Part shown: in pieces, positions 19,943 through 30,127 of the stretch
Layout: the number at the start of each line of letters is the position of its first letter
How positions within the stretch are numbered: position 1 is the stretch's first letter
Assembly (NCBI GenBank): GCA_023957315.1
Contig: JAMLHE010000018.1
Span: 1,616-65,615 of the forward strand
Reading direction: 5' to 3'
Length of the DNA stretch: 64,000 nucleotides
Origin: Candidatus Kapaibacterium sp.
Lineage (GTDB): Bacteria > Bacteroidota > Ignavibacteria > Kapaibacteriales > UBA2268
Translations under genes and position numbers: made by a program
The notes under the pieces: model-generated
Told to the model about the DNA's origin: nothing
Seen by the model: the letters and a program-made list of their open reading frames with translations, nothing else
Database searches by the model: none

Positions 19943-22489
19943 TTAAACGATAAAATTAATCAATTTATTCTTTACGAAAATTACTTTGCGAATTTCTTTG
20001 CCGTCAATATGCTTTTGGACGGCTGAATCTTCGAGTGCGAGTGCTTCTAATTCTTCTTGGGCCAAATCAACATTTACTTGAATTCTAGCGCGAATCTTGC
20101 CTCCGACCTGCACAACAAATTCAATCTCGTTCCGCACGATTTTTGCATCATCATAAGCCGGGAATACCTCGAACACGACACTTTGCGTATGACCCAAAAT
20201 CTGCCAAAGTTCCTCAGCTATGTGAGGTGCAAATGGCGCCAAACATAGGACAAATTTCTTCATCGCATCTAATGGCTTGACTTCCGCTTTCGTGAACTCA
20301 TTCACAAAAATCATCATCTGTGCAATCGCCGTGTTGAAGCTCAAATTCTCGATATCGTCAGCAACTTTTTTGATTGTGTAATTCAATACATATTCTTGCT
20401 CGGGGTTCAATGCAGTATCAGCAACCTTTGGAGAGAGTGTCCCTTCGTCGCTTGCAATCATTCTCCAAGCACGATTCAGGAAATTAAACACACCTGTTAT
20501 ATTGTTGGTTTGCCATGGCTTAACAGCTTCCAAAGGACCCAAAAACATTTCGTACAATCTTAGCGAGTCTGCGCCATATTCTTTCACTATATCATCAGGA
20601 TTGACAACATTCCCGCGAGATTTTGACATTTTTTCGCCATCTTCACCCAATATCAATCCTTGGTGGAACAGCTTCTTGAACGGTTCCGGAGTGGAGACAT
20701 AGCCGTAATCGTAAAGTACCTTATGCCAAAAACGTGCATAAAGCAAATGCAAAACGGCATGTTCGGCGCCACCAACATATAAATCAACCCCCGACGGCGA
20801 CATCCAGTAGCGTTCTTTGTCTGAATCGCAAAAAATATCGTCGTTATGCGGGTCAATGTATCGCAAATAATACCAACAGCTCCCAGCCCATTGTGGCATA
20901 GTGTTAGTCTCGAATTTCGCCTTTTTTCCGGTCTTTTTGTCAATGAAATTGACCCATTTTTCGACGTTAGCCAAAGGTGATTCGCCCGTTCCGGCAGGTT
21001 TGAAATGCTCAACATCGGGCAAAATCAAGGGCAGTTCATCATTTTCGAGCGCTCGTTTAGTGCCATCCTCGAAGAACATTATTGGGATTGGTTCGCCCCA
21101 ATAACGCTGCCGAGAAAACAGCCAATCACGCAATTTATATTGAATTTTCCCTTTGCCGATATTTTTAGATTCCAACCACGTTATAATTGTCGAAATAGCT
21201 TCTGTTGTGGGCAATCCGCTTAATTTCACTTCAGAATTTTCAGAATTAACGGAAAATCCATTTTTTTCTGTAAAAGCGGAAGTCATTATGTCCCAATCAT
21301 CGCTATCTTTAGGCTTGACGACCATTTTAATCGGAAGTTTCATCTGTAAAGCGAACTCATGGTCGCGCTCGTCATGTCCGGGTACAGCCATGATTGCACC
21401 TGTGCCGTATTGAGCCAAAACATAATCTGCAATCCAAATTTCAATTCTTTCGCCTGAAGCTGGATTGATGGCATATCCACCTGTAAAGACTCCCGTTTTT
21501 TTCTTTGTCAAATCTTGGCGTTCGATGTCGCTTTTCAAAATCGAAACATCAATATAATCCTGAATCTTGCTTTTTTGCTCATCTGTTGTCACTTTACTGA
21601 CCAATTTATGTTCCGGCGCAAGCACTAAATAAGTAGCACCGAAAACAGTATCAGGGCGAGTTGTGAAAACTGTGATGACATCACCTGTTTCAGCAACGAA
21701 TTGAATTTCGGCACCTTCGCTTCTGCCAATCCAATTCAATTGCATATCGCGAGTAGAGTTGGGCCATTCGACCAAATCCAAGTCGTTAAGCAATCTTTCG
21801 GCATAGGCTGTGATTCGGAGCATCCATTGGCGCATTGGCTTCTTTTCAACGGTGTAGCCCTTGCCTTTCCATTCCTCAACTTCCTCATTCGCCAAAACTG
21901 TGCCTAAGGCTTCACACCAATTCACGGGAATCATATCAATGAAAGCTAATCTTTTGCTGTCAATGTAATCGTCGATTTCTTTCTGCGATTTTAAATTTTC
22001 GGGAATTGGCAATTCGCTTATTGGACGCGATTTAGCCGCTTTATCATCATACCAGGAATTGTAAATCATCAAAAACATCCATTGAGTCCACTTGTAGTAA
22101 TTCGGCTCTGTGGTATTAATTTCGCGTGACCAATCATAACTTAAGCCCAGCAAATTAAGTTGGCGCTTGAAATTGTCAACATTCGCTTTGGTGGCATCAA
22201 TCGGGTGAATTCCCGTTGTCATGCTATATCGCTCGGTAGGCAAACCGAAAGCATCGAATCCCATCGGATGCAACACGTTGAATCCCTTCATTCGCTTAAA
22301 TCGCGCTATGATATCAGTCGCCGTGTAGCCCTCAGGATGCCCGATATGAAGCCCTGCACCACTTGGATACGGGAACATATCAAGTACGTAAAATTTTGGT
22401 TTATCGGTAGATTCGCCTGTTTTGTAAACTTCGTTTTGCAACCAATACAATTGCCATTTTTGTTCTATTTCACTGAATGAATAAGCCAT
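19943..22489 (-). CDS. leuS: Leucine--tRNA ligase
   Basis: 848 aa. HIGH-type motif ([11 protein letters not shown]), KMSKS (EKMSKSRGN), CP1 editing insertion length. Confidence 0.95.
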   Translation of the reverse strand: MAYSFSEIEQKWQLYWLQNEVYKTGESTDKPKFYVLDMFPYPSGAGLHIGHPEGYTATDIIARFKRMKGFNVLHPMGFDAFGLPTERYSMTTGIHPIDATKANVDNFKRQLNLLGLSYDWSREINTTEPNYYKWTQWMFLMIYNSWYDDKAAKSRPISELPIPENLKSQKEIDDYIDSKRLAFIDMIPVNWCEALGTVLANEEVEEWKGKGYTVEKKPMRQWMLRITAYAERLLNDLDLVEWPNSTRDMQLNWIGRSEGAEIQFVAETGDVITVFTTRPDTVFGATYLVLAPEHKLVSKVTTDEQKSKIQDYIDVSILKSDIERQDLTKKKTGVFTGGYAINPASGERIEIWIADYVLAQYGTGAIMAVPGHDERDHEFALQMKLPIKMVVKPKDSDDWDIMTSAFTEKNGFSVNSENSEVKLSGLPTTEAISTIITWLESKNIGKGKIQYKLRDWLFSRQRYWGEPIPIMFFEDGTKRALENDELPLILPDVEHFKPAGTGESPLANVEKWVNFIDKKTGKKAKFETNTMPQWAGSCWYYLRYIDPHNDDIFCDSDKERYWMSPSGVDLYVGGAEHAVLHLLYARFWHKVLYDYGYVSTPEPFKKLFHQGLILGEDGEKMSKSRGNVVNPDDIVKEYGADSLRLYEMFLGPLEAVKPWQTNNITGVFNFLNRAWRMIASDEGTLSPKVADTALNPEQEYVLNYTIKKVADDIENLSFNTAIAQMMIFVNEFTKAEVKPLDAMKKFVLCLAPFAPHIAEELWQILGHTQSVVFEVFPAYDDAKIVRNEIEFVVQVGGKIRARIQVNVDLAQEELEALALEDSAVQKHIDGKEIRKVIFVKNKLINFIV

Positions 22490-22551
22490 TTTCGTAATCT
22501 GTTAATTCTACAATATACAAGCTACAAATATACGCTTTTTTAGCCGAACTA

Positions 22552-24018
22552 TCAGTTACCGAAAACACTTGTACCAAATAACTTAAACATGCCCGTAATG
22601 ACGAGCACACCTATTAAATTGAGAACTATACCCGCTTTCATCATCTGTTCGACTTTGATTTTGCCCGAACCGTAAACTATTGCGTTTGGTGGAGTTGCTA
22701 CCGGCAGCATAAATGCAAAAGATGCGGATAATGTTGCGGGCAACATCAAATATAGTGGATTTATGCCACCTGCTATCGCCGCTGCTGCAAGAATTGGCAA
22801 TACGGTGTTAGTTGTTGCAGTGTTTGATGTTAATTCAGTCAGGAACGTTAAAAGCAGACAAACTGTCAATGTTAGTATTAATGGGTGAATATCGGTAATT
22901 CCGGTCAAAACGCTGCCGATTACTTCGGACAATCCCGATACTGTAAAACCTTTGGCAAGAGCAAATCCTCCGCCAAAAATTAAAATCACATCCCATGGGA
23001 TTTTCATGAATACTGTATCTTGTGAAAGTCTGTGTGGACGCTTTTTAGCTGGTATTATAAACAATAGCAATCCCGAAAAAATCGCTATCGTGGCATCGTC
23101 AATCATATCGACAAATGGGAGCAATTGCCCCCAACCCGGTAGCATCAATTCTCCAATTTCGAGATTTGTCCTTGTAAGCCACAACAGCGCTGTCATCCCG
23201 GCGATTATTGCAACCATCTTCTCCTCAAACGCCATTTTACCGAGTAATTTGTATTCTTCGCGAATTACGTCATTATTCATCACGAGTTCGGGCGATGGCT
23301 TGTATAAAATTTTTGTCAGAACAATCCACGCTAAAGCTAACATTATCATAGCAATCGGAAATCCAAACAAAAACCACGAGCCGAAAGTAATTTCACCGGC
23401 TTCAGGGAAATTCATTTCATAAATTCGTTTGAAAATCAAGTTTGGTGCTGTACCGATAAGAGTCGCTACGCCACCGATTGATGCCGCATAGGCAATCCCA
23501 AGCATCAAGCTGAGGCTAAATTCTTTCGTAATTTCGGATTTGAAACTTTCTTCTACTTTCAAAATTATTGCCATTCCAATCGGCAGAAGCATCACAGTGG
23601 TGGCTACATTGGAAATCAACATCGAAATGAAAGCTGATGCAATCATAAACCCGAGAACAATTCCCGAAGGACCTTTGCCAATCACCAAAATGGTTTTGAG
23701 AGCCAATCTTCGGTGCAAATCCCACCTTTGCATTGATAGCGCTATCAAAAATCCGCCAATATAAATCGCAATTGTAGAGTTGAAGTACTCTTTGGCGGTT
23801 TCAGTGGCATTGATGATGCCCAATAATGGGAATAGCAGCAGCGGTACAAGGGATGTCGCTGCCAATGGCAATGCCTCAGTCATCCACCAAATACCCATCA
23901 ACACTGCAATTGCAGCCATTCTCGATGCTACCGGTTCATCGCTGACCGGAAAGATTAGCAGTATGAAAAACACTATTAAACCTAATACCAGCCCGCCATC
24001 TTTGTAACTATATTTCAT
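22552..24018 (-). CDS. DASS/SLC13-family anion:sodium symporter (sulfate/di-tricarboxylate type)
   Basis: 488 aa, polytopic. Paired hairpin motifs GTAPNLI and ELTSNTATTNTVLPI are typical of the DASS family. Confidence 0.8.
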   Translation of the reverse strand: MKYSYKDGGLVLGLIVFFILLIFPVSDEPVASRMAAIAVLMGIWWMTEALPLAATSLVPLLLFPLLGIINATETAKEYFNSTIAIYIGGFLIALSMQRWDLHRRLALKTILVIGKGPSGIVLGFMIASAFISMLISNVATTVMLLPIGMAIILKVEESFKSEITKEFSLSLMLGIAYAASIGGVATLIGTAPNLIFKRIYEMNFPEAGEITFGSWFLFGFPIAMIMLALAWIVLTKILYKPSPELVMNNDVIREEYKLLGKMAFEEKMVAIIAGMTALLWLTRTNLEIGELMLPGWGQLLPFVDMIDDATIAIFSGLLLFIIPAKKRPHRLSQDTVFMKIPWDVILIFGGGFALAKGFTVSGLSEVIGSVLTGITDIHPLILTLTVCLLLTFLTELTSNTATTNTVLPILAAAAIAGGINPLYLMLPATLSASFAFMLPVATPPNAIVYGSGKIKVEQMMKAGIVLNLIGVLVITGMFKLFGTSVFGN

Positions 24019-24359
24019 CTATTAAGTAAAATTGGTTATATGAAAATTTTCAAAATTTAATGAAGCAATTGAGACAACAACGGATACCAAGATACTAAAA
24101 AAGTACATATTAACAGCCTAGCTTTGTCAAAAAAATCATGAAGCTATACAACATGTTCAAAGGTGTTTTTAACTGAAAATTCTGTTAAAGCATTGAAAAT
24201 AAAGCAAATAATGGCAAATCATCTGTTTTCTTGTGTTAACATTTTTTAAAATTTATGACATAAAATTCATATAAGTGCTTTTTTCATTTTGTTATACAAT
24301 ACATTGTTTGTAATTTGGAATATGTTTTAGATGTAAATTTGAAAAAAGGTTTAAAAAAG

Positions 24360-26018
24360 ATGAAAAAATTATTGAGTTTAGTGCTTTTTGTGTCTTTTGC
24401 ATTTGTATCATGTGCTGAAAAGGAAGTAATAGAGGAGCCTAAGATGAGTGATGAACACGCTATGGTCATTGAAAGAATCAATGCTTATGCACCCGTGACG
24501 CTCAAAACTGATTTGTCCGGGCTTACTGAACGCGAAAGAGCGCTCGTTGCCAAACTTATCGAAGCCGGGAAAATTATTGACGAAATTTTCTGGGAACAAT
24601 CCACACACGATGCAATCAAAACGCGCGATTCGCTGATGGCTTTGAATACTGATGAAGCGAAAGATTTTCTCAAGTATGTCATGATTAATTACGGTCCATA
24701 CGACCCACTTTACGATAATGACAGATTTGTGGGCTCAGGAGCTGCGAAAAGACCCCAAGGTGGCGGATTTTACCCCGAAGACATGACTAAAGAAGAGTTT
24801 GACGCATTTATTGCAGCTAACCCTGACCAAGCAGAGGCTTTCAAGAGCCAATATACTATCATCGTACGTGACAATGGTACGCTCAAAGCTGTTCCATACC
24901 ATCAAATGTATGAAAAGACCGAAATGCTCGCACGTTTGCTCGACGAAGCCGCAGAACTTGCCGATAACCCATCTCTCAAAAAATATCTGCAATTACGAGC
25001 TACGGCAACAAGAACAGATGATTACTACGAAAGCGATTTGGCGTGGATGGAACTCGAAGGCAACAATGTTGATGTGGTAATCGGTCCAATCGAAAATTAT
25101 CAAGATGAATTATTCAACTACAAAACTGCTCACGAAGCCGTTGTATTGGTAAAAGATTTTGAAGCTACAGCCGAACTTGAATTGTACAAAAGCAACATGC
25201 AAAATTTTGAAAATTCATTGCCCCTTGAAAATAAATTCAAGCAAAAAAATATTGGCGAAGGCAACGTAATTCAAGTCGTTAATGTTGTTTATTTCGGCGG
25301 AGATTGCAACCAAGGCGTGAAAACAATTGCTTCTGCTTTGCCAAACGACCCGAAAGTTGCCGAAGCCAAAGGCAGAAAACTCTCCATGTTCAAAAATCAT
25401 ATGGAAGCCAAATTTGATAAAATCGTAGCGGAAATCGGCAAAACTTTGCTGACACCGGAACGCAATAAATACGTTGACAAAAAAGCATTCACAAGTTTTG
25501 TCACTCTGCACGAAGTTTCGCACGCTTTGGGACCAAAATATGTAAGCGGCAAAAAAAATATGGAAATCAGAAATGCTCTGAAAGAGAGATATTCGGCTAT
25601 CGAAGAATGCAAAGCTGATGCATTGAGCATGTACAATCATAAATATTTGCTCGAAAGTGGTATCAAAGACCAAGAATATATCGAAAAAGCAAAAGCAACC
25701 TATCTCGCAGGGCTTTATCGTTCAATTAGATTTGGCTCGGGTGCTCATTACAACGCAAATTTGGTTCAGCTGAACTATCTCAAAGAGCAAGGAGTAATAT
25801 TTACAACTGCCGAGGGCAAACTTGATTTGAACGATGATTTATTTTTTGAAAAAATGGGCGAATTAGCCAATTTAATACTTATGACACAAGTGAACGGCGA
25901 TTATGACAAAGCCGGCGAAATTTTGGCAAAATACGCTGTACTAACTGACGATTTGAAAAAAGAAATTGAAATATTAAAAGCAATTCCGAGAGATATTGCA
26001 ACTGAATATATTTATTAA
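24360..26018 (+). CDS. Dipeptidyl-peptidase III-like (M49-like) zinc hydrolase lipoprotein with pentapeptide HEXXH motif
   Basis: HEVSH (nt 25509-25523) and EECKAD (nt 25602-25619). The track ORF begins at TTG 24315. I prefer ATG 24360, which gives MKKLLSLVLFVSFAFVSC (lipobox). Confidence 0.65.
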   Translation: MKKLLSLVLFVSFAFVSCAEKEVIEEPKMSDEHAMVIERINAYAPVTLKTDLSGLTERERALVAKLIEAGKIIDEIFWEQSTHDAIKTRDSLMALNTDEAKDFLKYVMINYGPYDPLYDNDRFVGSGAAKRPQGGGFYPEDMTKEEFDAFIAANPDQAEAFKSQYTIIVRDNGTLKAVPYHQMYEKTEMLARLLDEAAELADNPSLKKYLQLRATATRTDDYYESDLAWMELEGNNVDVVIGPIENYQDELFNYKTAHEAVVLVKDFEATAELELYKSNMQNFENSLPLENKFKQKNIGEGNVIQVVNVVYFGGDCNQGVKTIASALPNDPKVAEAKGRKLSMFKNHMEAKFDKIVAEIGKTLLTPERNKYVDKKAFTSFVTLHEVSHALGPKYVSGKKNMEIRNALKERYSAIEECKADALSMYNHKYLLESGIKDQEYIEKAKATYLAGLYRSIRFGSGAHYNANLVQLNYLKEQGVIFTTAEGKLDLNDDLFFEKMGELANLILMTQVNGDYDKAGEILAKYAVLTDDLKKEIEILKAIPRDIATEYIY

Positions 26019-26057
26019 GATTTAACCGAATAAATAAAAATTATTAAGGAGAAAAAA

Positions 26058-27137
26058 ATGGCAAATATTAAAATTACAAAAACACAAGTATCAAAGCATA
26101 ATAGTGTGAATTGGGATAATCTCGGGTTTGGAGTTTATTTATCCGACCATATTTATGTTTCAAATTATAAGGACGGAGAATGGAACGAAGGCGAAATCAT
26201 TCCATACGGACCATTTCCGTGCGAACCTGCTATGTGCACTTTGCATTACGGACAATCAATTTTCGAAGGGCTGAAAGCATTCCGCTCTGTTGATGGTTCC
26301 GTGAATTTATTCCGAATTGACAGAAACGCCAAACGTCTGAATCATTCAGGCTCGCGGGTCGTTATTCCACCTTTCGACGAGCAACAATTCATGGATGCCT
26401 TAGTCCAATTAATCAAAGTGGACCACCATTGGGTGCCACGCACCAGAGGGCACTCACTCTACATTCGCCCCGTAGTTTTCGGTGACGGCAACTTCTTAGG
26501 TGTACATTCATCAAAAACTTTCAAACACATAATCATGACATCGCCCGTTGCATCCTACTATCCTGAGGGAATGGCGCCCGTGAAAATTTCAGTAGCCAAA
26601 GATTTCGTTCGTGCAGTACGAGGTGGACTCGGCACAGCAAAGACCGCAGGCAACTACGCTGCATCGCTATTGGCGAGCGAACAAGCAAAAAAAGCGGGTT
26701 ACTCGCAAGTGCTATGGTTGGACGGTGTCGGCAGGCATTTTGTGGACGAAGTTGGGGCGATGAACATAATGTTCGTAATTGACGGCACTTTGATTACGCC
26801 GCCACTCGCATCAGGCTCGATATTGGAAGGCGTTACGCGCGACACAGTGCTCACACTTGCCAAAGATTTCGGCATTCCGATTTCCGAACGGTCAATCGCC
26901 ATCGAAGAAGTATTCGATGCACATGCCGAAGGCAAATTAAACGAAGTCTTCGGAACCGGAACAGCAGCAGTTATTTCCCCCGTCGGGCAATTGCACTACA
27001 ACGGCGAAACAATTGTCATCAACGATATGCAAATCGGCGAATATGCAAAAAAATTCTACGACCAAATCACCGGCATCCAATACGGCGAAATCGAGGACAA
27101 ACACGACTGGATAATAAATATCAAGCATTTCGATTAA
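26058..27137 (+). CDS. ilvE: Branched-chain amino acid aminotransferase
   Basis: 359 aa, class IV aminotransferase pattern. ...SLYIRPVVFG..., PLP-lysine context GGLGTAKTAGNYA, ..EGVTRDTVL... Strong SD (AAGGAG). Confidence 0.9.
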   Translation: MANIKITKTQVSKHNSVNWDNLGFGVYLSDHIYVSNYKDGEWNEGEIIPYGPFPCEPAMCTLHYGQSIFEGLKAFRSVDGSVNLFRIDRNAKRLNHSGSRVVIPPFDEQQFMDALVQLIKVDHHWVPRTRGHSLYIRPVVFGDGNFLGVHSSKTFKHIIMTSPVASYYPEGMAPVKISVAKDFVRAVRGGLGTAKTAGNYAASLLASEQAKKAGYSQVLWLDGVGRHFVDEVGAMNIMFVIDGTLITPPLASGSILEGVTRDTVLTLAKDFGIPISERSIAIEEVFDAHAEGKLNEVFGTGTAAVISPVGQLHYNGETIVINDMQIGEYAKKFYDQITGIQYGEIEDKHDWIINIKHFD

Positions 27138-27161
27138 TTACACATAATCACCAAATTTCCA

Positions 27162-27192
27162 AAGCCCACAAAATTAATTTGTGGGCTTTTTT
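27162..27192 (+). terminator. ilvE terminator hairpin (member 1 of the GCCCAC/GTGGGC hairpin family)
   Basis: AGCCCAC (27163-27169), AT-rich loop, GTGGGCT (27181-27187), then a T run. Confidence 0.7.
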
Positions 27193-27250
27193 GTTATAAA
27201 GTGAAGTCCTGTTAGTTGTTACAACTGACAGCAAATGAGCAATGATTATT

Positions 27251-27282
27251 TTTGCTTTTTACACGTCTTTGTTGTAAGTTTG
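27251..27282 (+). promoter_or_regulatory. Bacteroidota-type promoter candidate (TTTG-N20-TAAGTTTG)
   Basis: TTTG 27251-27254 and TAAGTTTG 27275-27282, about 55 nt upstream of the small ORF at 27337. Confidence 0.4.
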
Positions 27283-27336
27283 TAAAATGGTAAATATTTA
27301 GGAAGATAGACTTATTAACTGTTGAATTTGAAAGAT

Positions 27337-27489
27337 ATGAAGACGACTGAAAAAACATTTGACGCTGTAAAATATATGCGCCAACAGAGAGATAGATTGA
27401 GTGAAAAGCTATCCAAAATGACAAAAGAAGAAATCTTGGAATACTTCAAAAAACGCAATACACAGACTAAGACCAAGCCTTGTGCGTAG
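27337..27489 (+). CDS. Small hypothetical protein (50 aa), below the ORF-track size cut-off
   Basis: Manual translation: MKTTEKTFDAVKYMRQQRDRLSEKLSKMTKEEILEYFKKRNTQTKTKPCA*. Has its own promoter-like motif and its own terminator hairpin. No strong SD. Confidence 0.4.
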   Translation: MKTTEKTFDAVKYMRQQRDRLSEKLSKMTKEEILEYFKKRNTQTKTKPCA

Positions 27490-27531
27490 CACCTTTTTTG
27501 TATCAACTTTGTTACAAAGACAGCACCAACA

Positions 27532-27563
27532 AAGCCCACAGATTAATTTGTGGGCTATTTTTA
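27532..27563 (+). repeat. Hairpin family member 2 (terminator-like)
   Basis: AGCCCAC-AGATTAATTT-GTGGGCT then ATTTTT. Differs from member 1 (27162-27192) at only a few loop positions. Confidence 0.65.
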
Positions 27564-27608
27564 TTAACGTCACGTGGTGTCATTGTTATAACGACGGAAC
27601 CAACATAG

Positions 27609-27622
27609 CCATGAATTCATGG
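27609..27622. repeat. Hairpin family member 3 (perfect 14-nt palindrome CCATGAATTCATGG)
   Basis: Preceded by AACATAGCC, the same lead-in as member 4 at 29366-29374. Confidence 0.5.
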
Positions 27623-27742
27623 GTTGAGGGGAGATTATTTTTATTATTCATTTCAATTTGGTAAGTTTGTATGTGGAGTATTTCTAATAGCAATTTAACA
27701 TATTGTAGTTTTTTGAATAAATCGAATTATAAGGAGAATATT

Positions 27743-28477
27743 ATGAAAACAAAATTAGAAACAATTAATGAATTGGAAAAGGAACTTCCGTTTATTAAAG
27801 ACCTTTACAAAGACAATTGTGTGAATTGGACTGGAAAAACAAAGGATACAGATGAATTTTACACAGAGATTATTGCAAATGAATTGTTGAGAAATTTGAA
27901 AGAATTTGACAAAATACCCACTGTTACAAGGACAGAATCATATTATAGAGAGAATCATTGCAACATTGAAATTGATATTTGCGAAAGTAATAGAAATGAA
28001 GAAATATTTGCTAAGCGAATTACCGGGCTAAAATTAGAAGGTTTAGGATTAATAAAAGACTATCAAATCCCTTTAAAAGATACATTACAAAATAGTGGTC
28101 TCGGGAAAATTGATTTGATTTCATTTAACGATAATACCAAAACATTATATTTAATAGAACTAAAATATGAAGCAAATAAAGAGACCTTATTAAAGGCAAG
28201 TCTTGAAAGCTTTACATATTTTAAAGTTGTTGATAAAACCAAGCTAATAAACGATTATTTTAATAATCAAAAATTCATTTTAAACAAAGTTTTCAACCCT
28301 GTTGACCCTGATACTATAAAAGTAAAACCTGCAGTATTAGTCGTTCCCGGCTGCAAAGCTTACGATGAATTGGAAGAAGTTGAAATTGGTGATAGACCAA
28401 AAATGAAAGCCTTAGCTCTTGCACTCGATATTAGCTATTTCACTTTCGAGTTCTATCCACGTGAAATCAGACTTTAA
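27743..28477 (+). CDS. Hypothetical protein with PD-(D/E)XK nuclease-like core (NucS/Mrr-like D...ExK signature)
   Basis: SD AAGGAG at 27731-27736 precedes ATG 27743 (the track ORF starts at 27671). Core segment GLGKIDLISFNDNTKTLYLIELKYEANKETLLKASLESFTYFK gives D-x13-E-x-K followed by a helix. Confidence 0.5.
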   Translation: MKTKLETINELEKELPFIKDLYKDNCVNWTGKTKDTDEFYTEIIANELLRNLKEFDKIPTVTRTESYYRENHCNIEIDICESNRNEEIFAKRITGLKLEGLGLIKDYQIPLKDTLQNSGLGKIDLISFNDNTKTLYLIELKYEANKETLLKASLESFTYFKVVDKTKLINDYFNNQKFILNKVFNPVDPDTIKVKPAVLVVPGCKAYDELEEVEIGDRPKMKALALALDISYFTFEFYPREIRL

Positions 28478-28534
28478 GAAGCATTTTGGCATATATAAAC
28501 TAATTAACAATAGTTCTTAGGAGACCGAGTAATT

Positions 28535-29341
28535 ATGAAATTCAGCTATGAGACAAAAGCACGACTGGCAAACTACAAAAAGACAAATTTTCCTGACTTT
28601 CCAGACGGATTTTGGAGAATGAATAAGAAATCTTATCATCACATTTTACCTGAGGACAAGAGAGATCACAATTTACTACCGACATACAGGAAGGCACTTG
28701 TCGAATACTTAGAAAAGAAACATATCAAACTTCATATGGACTTTCACCATTTGAACTCCTCACAAGCAATGTGCTTCAATTTTTTCTTCCCTCTTTATAT
28801 AGAACGGAAACTTGAACTGATAACTGAGTTTCTTGGACTTGCAAACGAAACCGTAAATTACGACACAGTTTGCTTCGAGAAGAAAGGCATAGAGGCACAA
28901 TTTAACAGAAGACCAACATGTTTTGATTTCTTCTTTGAGACGATGTCGGGAAAAAAATTACACTTTGAGATAAAGTACACAGAAGAGGAGTTTGGAAAAG
29001 CTAAAATCAATTCCCAAAAGTTTGACGAAGTTTATTCAAAGTTTTTGAGACCACTCAAACCATCTTTTCACGATACACGGAAATTCTTTAGTAATTATCA
29101 AATTCTAAGAAACTTAATTCACATTGACGACAATTCTTACGTAATTTTCATTTACCCTGAGGGCAATGACAAAGTTAGAAGCGGAGCAGAAAGAGTAAAA
29201 ACGGAATTCTTAGAATCAAATTACCACGGACATTTTTTTGCTGCAACTTGGGACAAACTCTTTGTCAGTGTTTCAAATTCCACGACTAATCAATCTATTC
29301 AACAACAACTTTCGGGCTTTAAAGAAAAGTATTTATTATAA
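28535..29341 (+). CDS. Hypothetical protein with PD-(D/E)XK restriction-endonuclease-like core
   Basis: 268 aa, SD AGGAGA. Motifs HHLNSSQAMCFNFFFP, CFDFFFETMSGKKLHFEIKYTEEEFG (D...E-x-K) and YQILRNLIH. No terminator hairpin lies between this ORF and the preceding one. Confidence 0.5.
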   Translation: MKFSYETKARLANYKKTNFPDFPDGFWRMNKKSYHHILPEDKRDHNLLPTYRKALVEYLEKKHIKLHMDFHHLNSSQAMCFNFFFPLYIERKLELITEFLGLANETVNYDTVCFEKKGIEAQFNRRPTCFDFFFETMSGKKLHFEIKYTEEEFGKAKINSQKFDEVYSKFLRPLKPSFHDTRKFFSNYQILRNLIHIDDNSYVIFIYPEGNDKVRSGAERVKTEFLESNYHGHFFAATWDKLFVSVSNSTTNQSIQQQLSGFKEKYLL

Positions 29342-29370
29342 CGAAAAGCAACTTGATAATTTATTAACAT

Positions 29371-29392
29371 AGCCCACGAATTCATTCGTGGG
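29371..29392 (+). repeat. Hairpin family member 4 (terminator-like, after the 28535 ORF)
   Basis: Perfect 8-bp stem CCCACGAA / TTCGTGGG with a TTCA loop. Confidence 0.6.
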
Positions 29393-29494
29393 ATAATGAT
29401 TTTGATTGTTCCCAAAACTAAACAAAAAATTTGTATTTGAATTGTCGCGAAAATATTTATTTTTGTATTATCTTTTCAAATTTCGAGGTTTATA

Positions 29495-30049
29495 ATGAAT
29501 CATATAGTTATTATGATTAGTATGCTTATTTTAATAACAAGTTCAATATTTGGGCAAAGTGTCAAACTTACAACTGATAAAGACTATTATGAATTCGACG
29601 AAATTATTAAAGTTGAAATTACAATTGATTTTAAAGAAGATTCGGTATTGATGCCGGATTTCGAGAGTTTTGTGATTGTATATGGTCCAACAACATCATC
29701 CTCTATGACTATAACAAGTGGAAAAACTTCAAGAACAACTACTTGGAATTATCATTTACGTCCAATTGTTGGTGGTAATCAAACAATTAATTCTCCGGTT
29801 TTCATTTTTAAAGACGAGACTTATCAAGACAATGACAAAAGCATCAGCATATCCGATGGTAGTTTGGGTAAACAAGAATTGGAAAGGCTTAAATTTGAAC
29901 ATTTCATTGACTTGGCTAAGCCTAATGATACGTATAGATATACGATTGGAGATGAGTTTGGTTATATAGAGATTCGTAGTAAAGGTAATTGGATAATACA
30001 CCGAAGGTTGACAAAAGATGAAATGGATATAATTCGAAAAGTAGAATGA
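29495..30049 (+). CDS. Hypothetical secreted protein
   Basis: 184 aa. N-terminal signal-like segment IVIMISMLILITSSIFGQ. SD GAGG 8 nt upstream. No recognisable motif. Confidence 0.45.
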   Translation: MNHIVIMISMLILITSSIFGQSVKLTTDKDYYEFDEIIKVEITIDFKEDSVLMPDFESFVIVYGPTTSSSMTITSGKTSRTTTWNYHLRPIVGGNQTINSPVFIFKDETYQDNDKSISISDGSLGKQELERLKFEHFIDLAKPNDTYRYTIGDEFGYIEIRSKGNWIIHRRLTKDEMDIIRKVE

Positions 30050-30091
30050 GCTATCCGTTCCGTCTTTGTTACAAACCCATCAAAACAAAAA

Positions 30092-30127
30092 AACCACGAA
30101 TTCCTTCGTGGGTTATGTTTTTTTCTT
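30092..30127. terminator. Hairpin family member 5; bidirectional terminator between the 29495 ORF and purH
   Basis: A-run, AACCACGAA-TTCC-TTCGTGGGTT (one bulge), then a T run. A/T runs on both sides allow termination in both directions. Confidence 0.6.

Noticed and set aside
22952-23422. 156-aa plus-strand ORF inside the DASS transporter gene
   Set aside because: It is antisense to a polytopic transporter with family motifs, and its composition mirrors the hydrophobic codons of the real gene.
25215-25673. 152-aa minus-strand ORF inside the DPP III-like gene
   Set aside because: It is antisense to an ORF with zinc-hydrolase motifs. It has no SD and no motifs.
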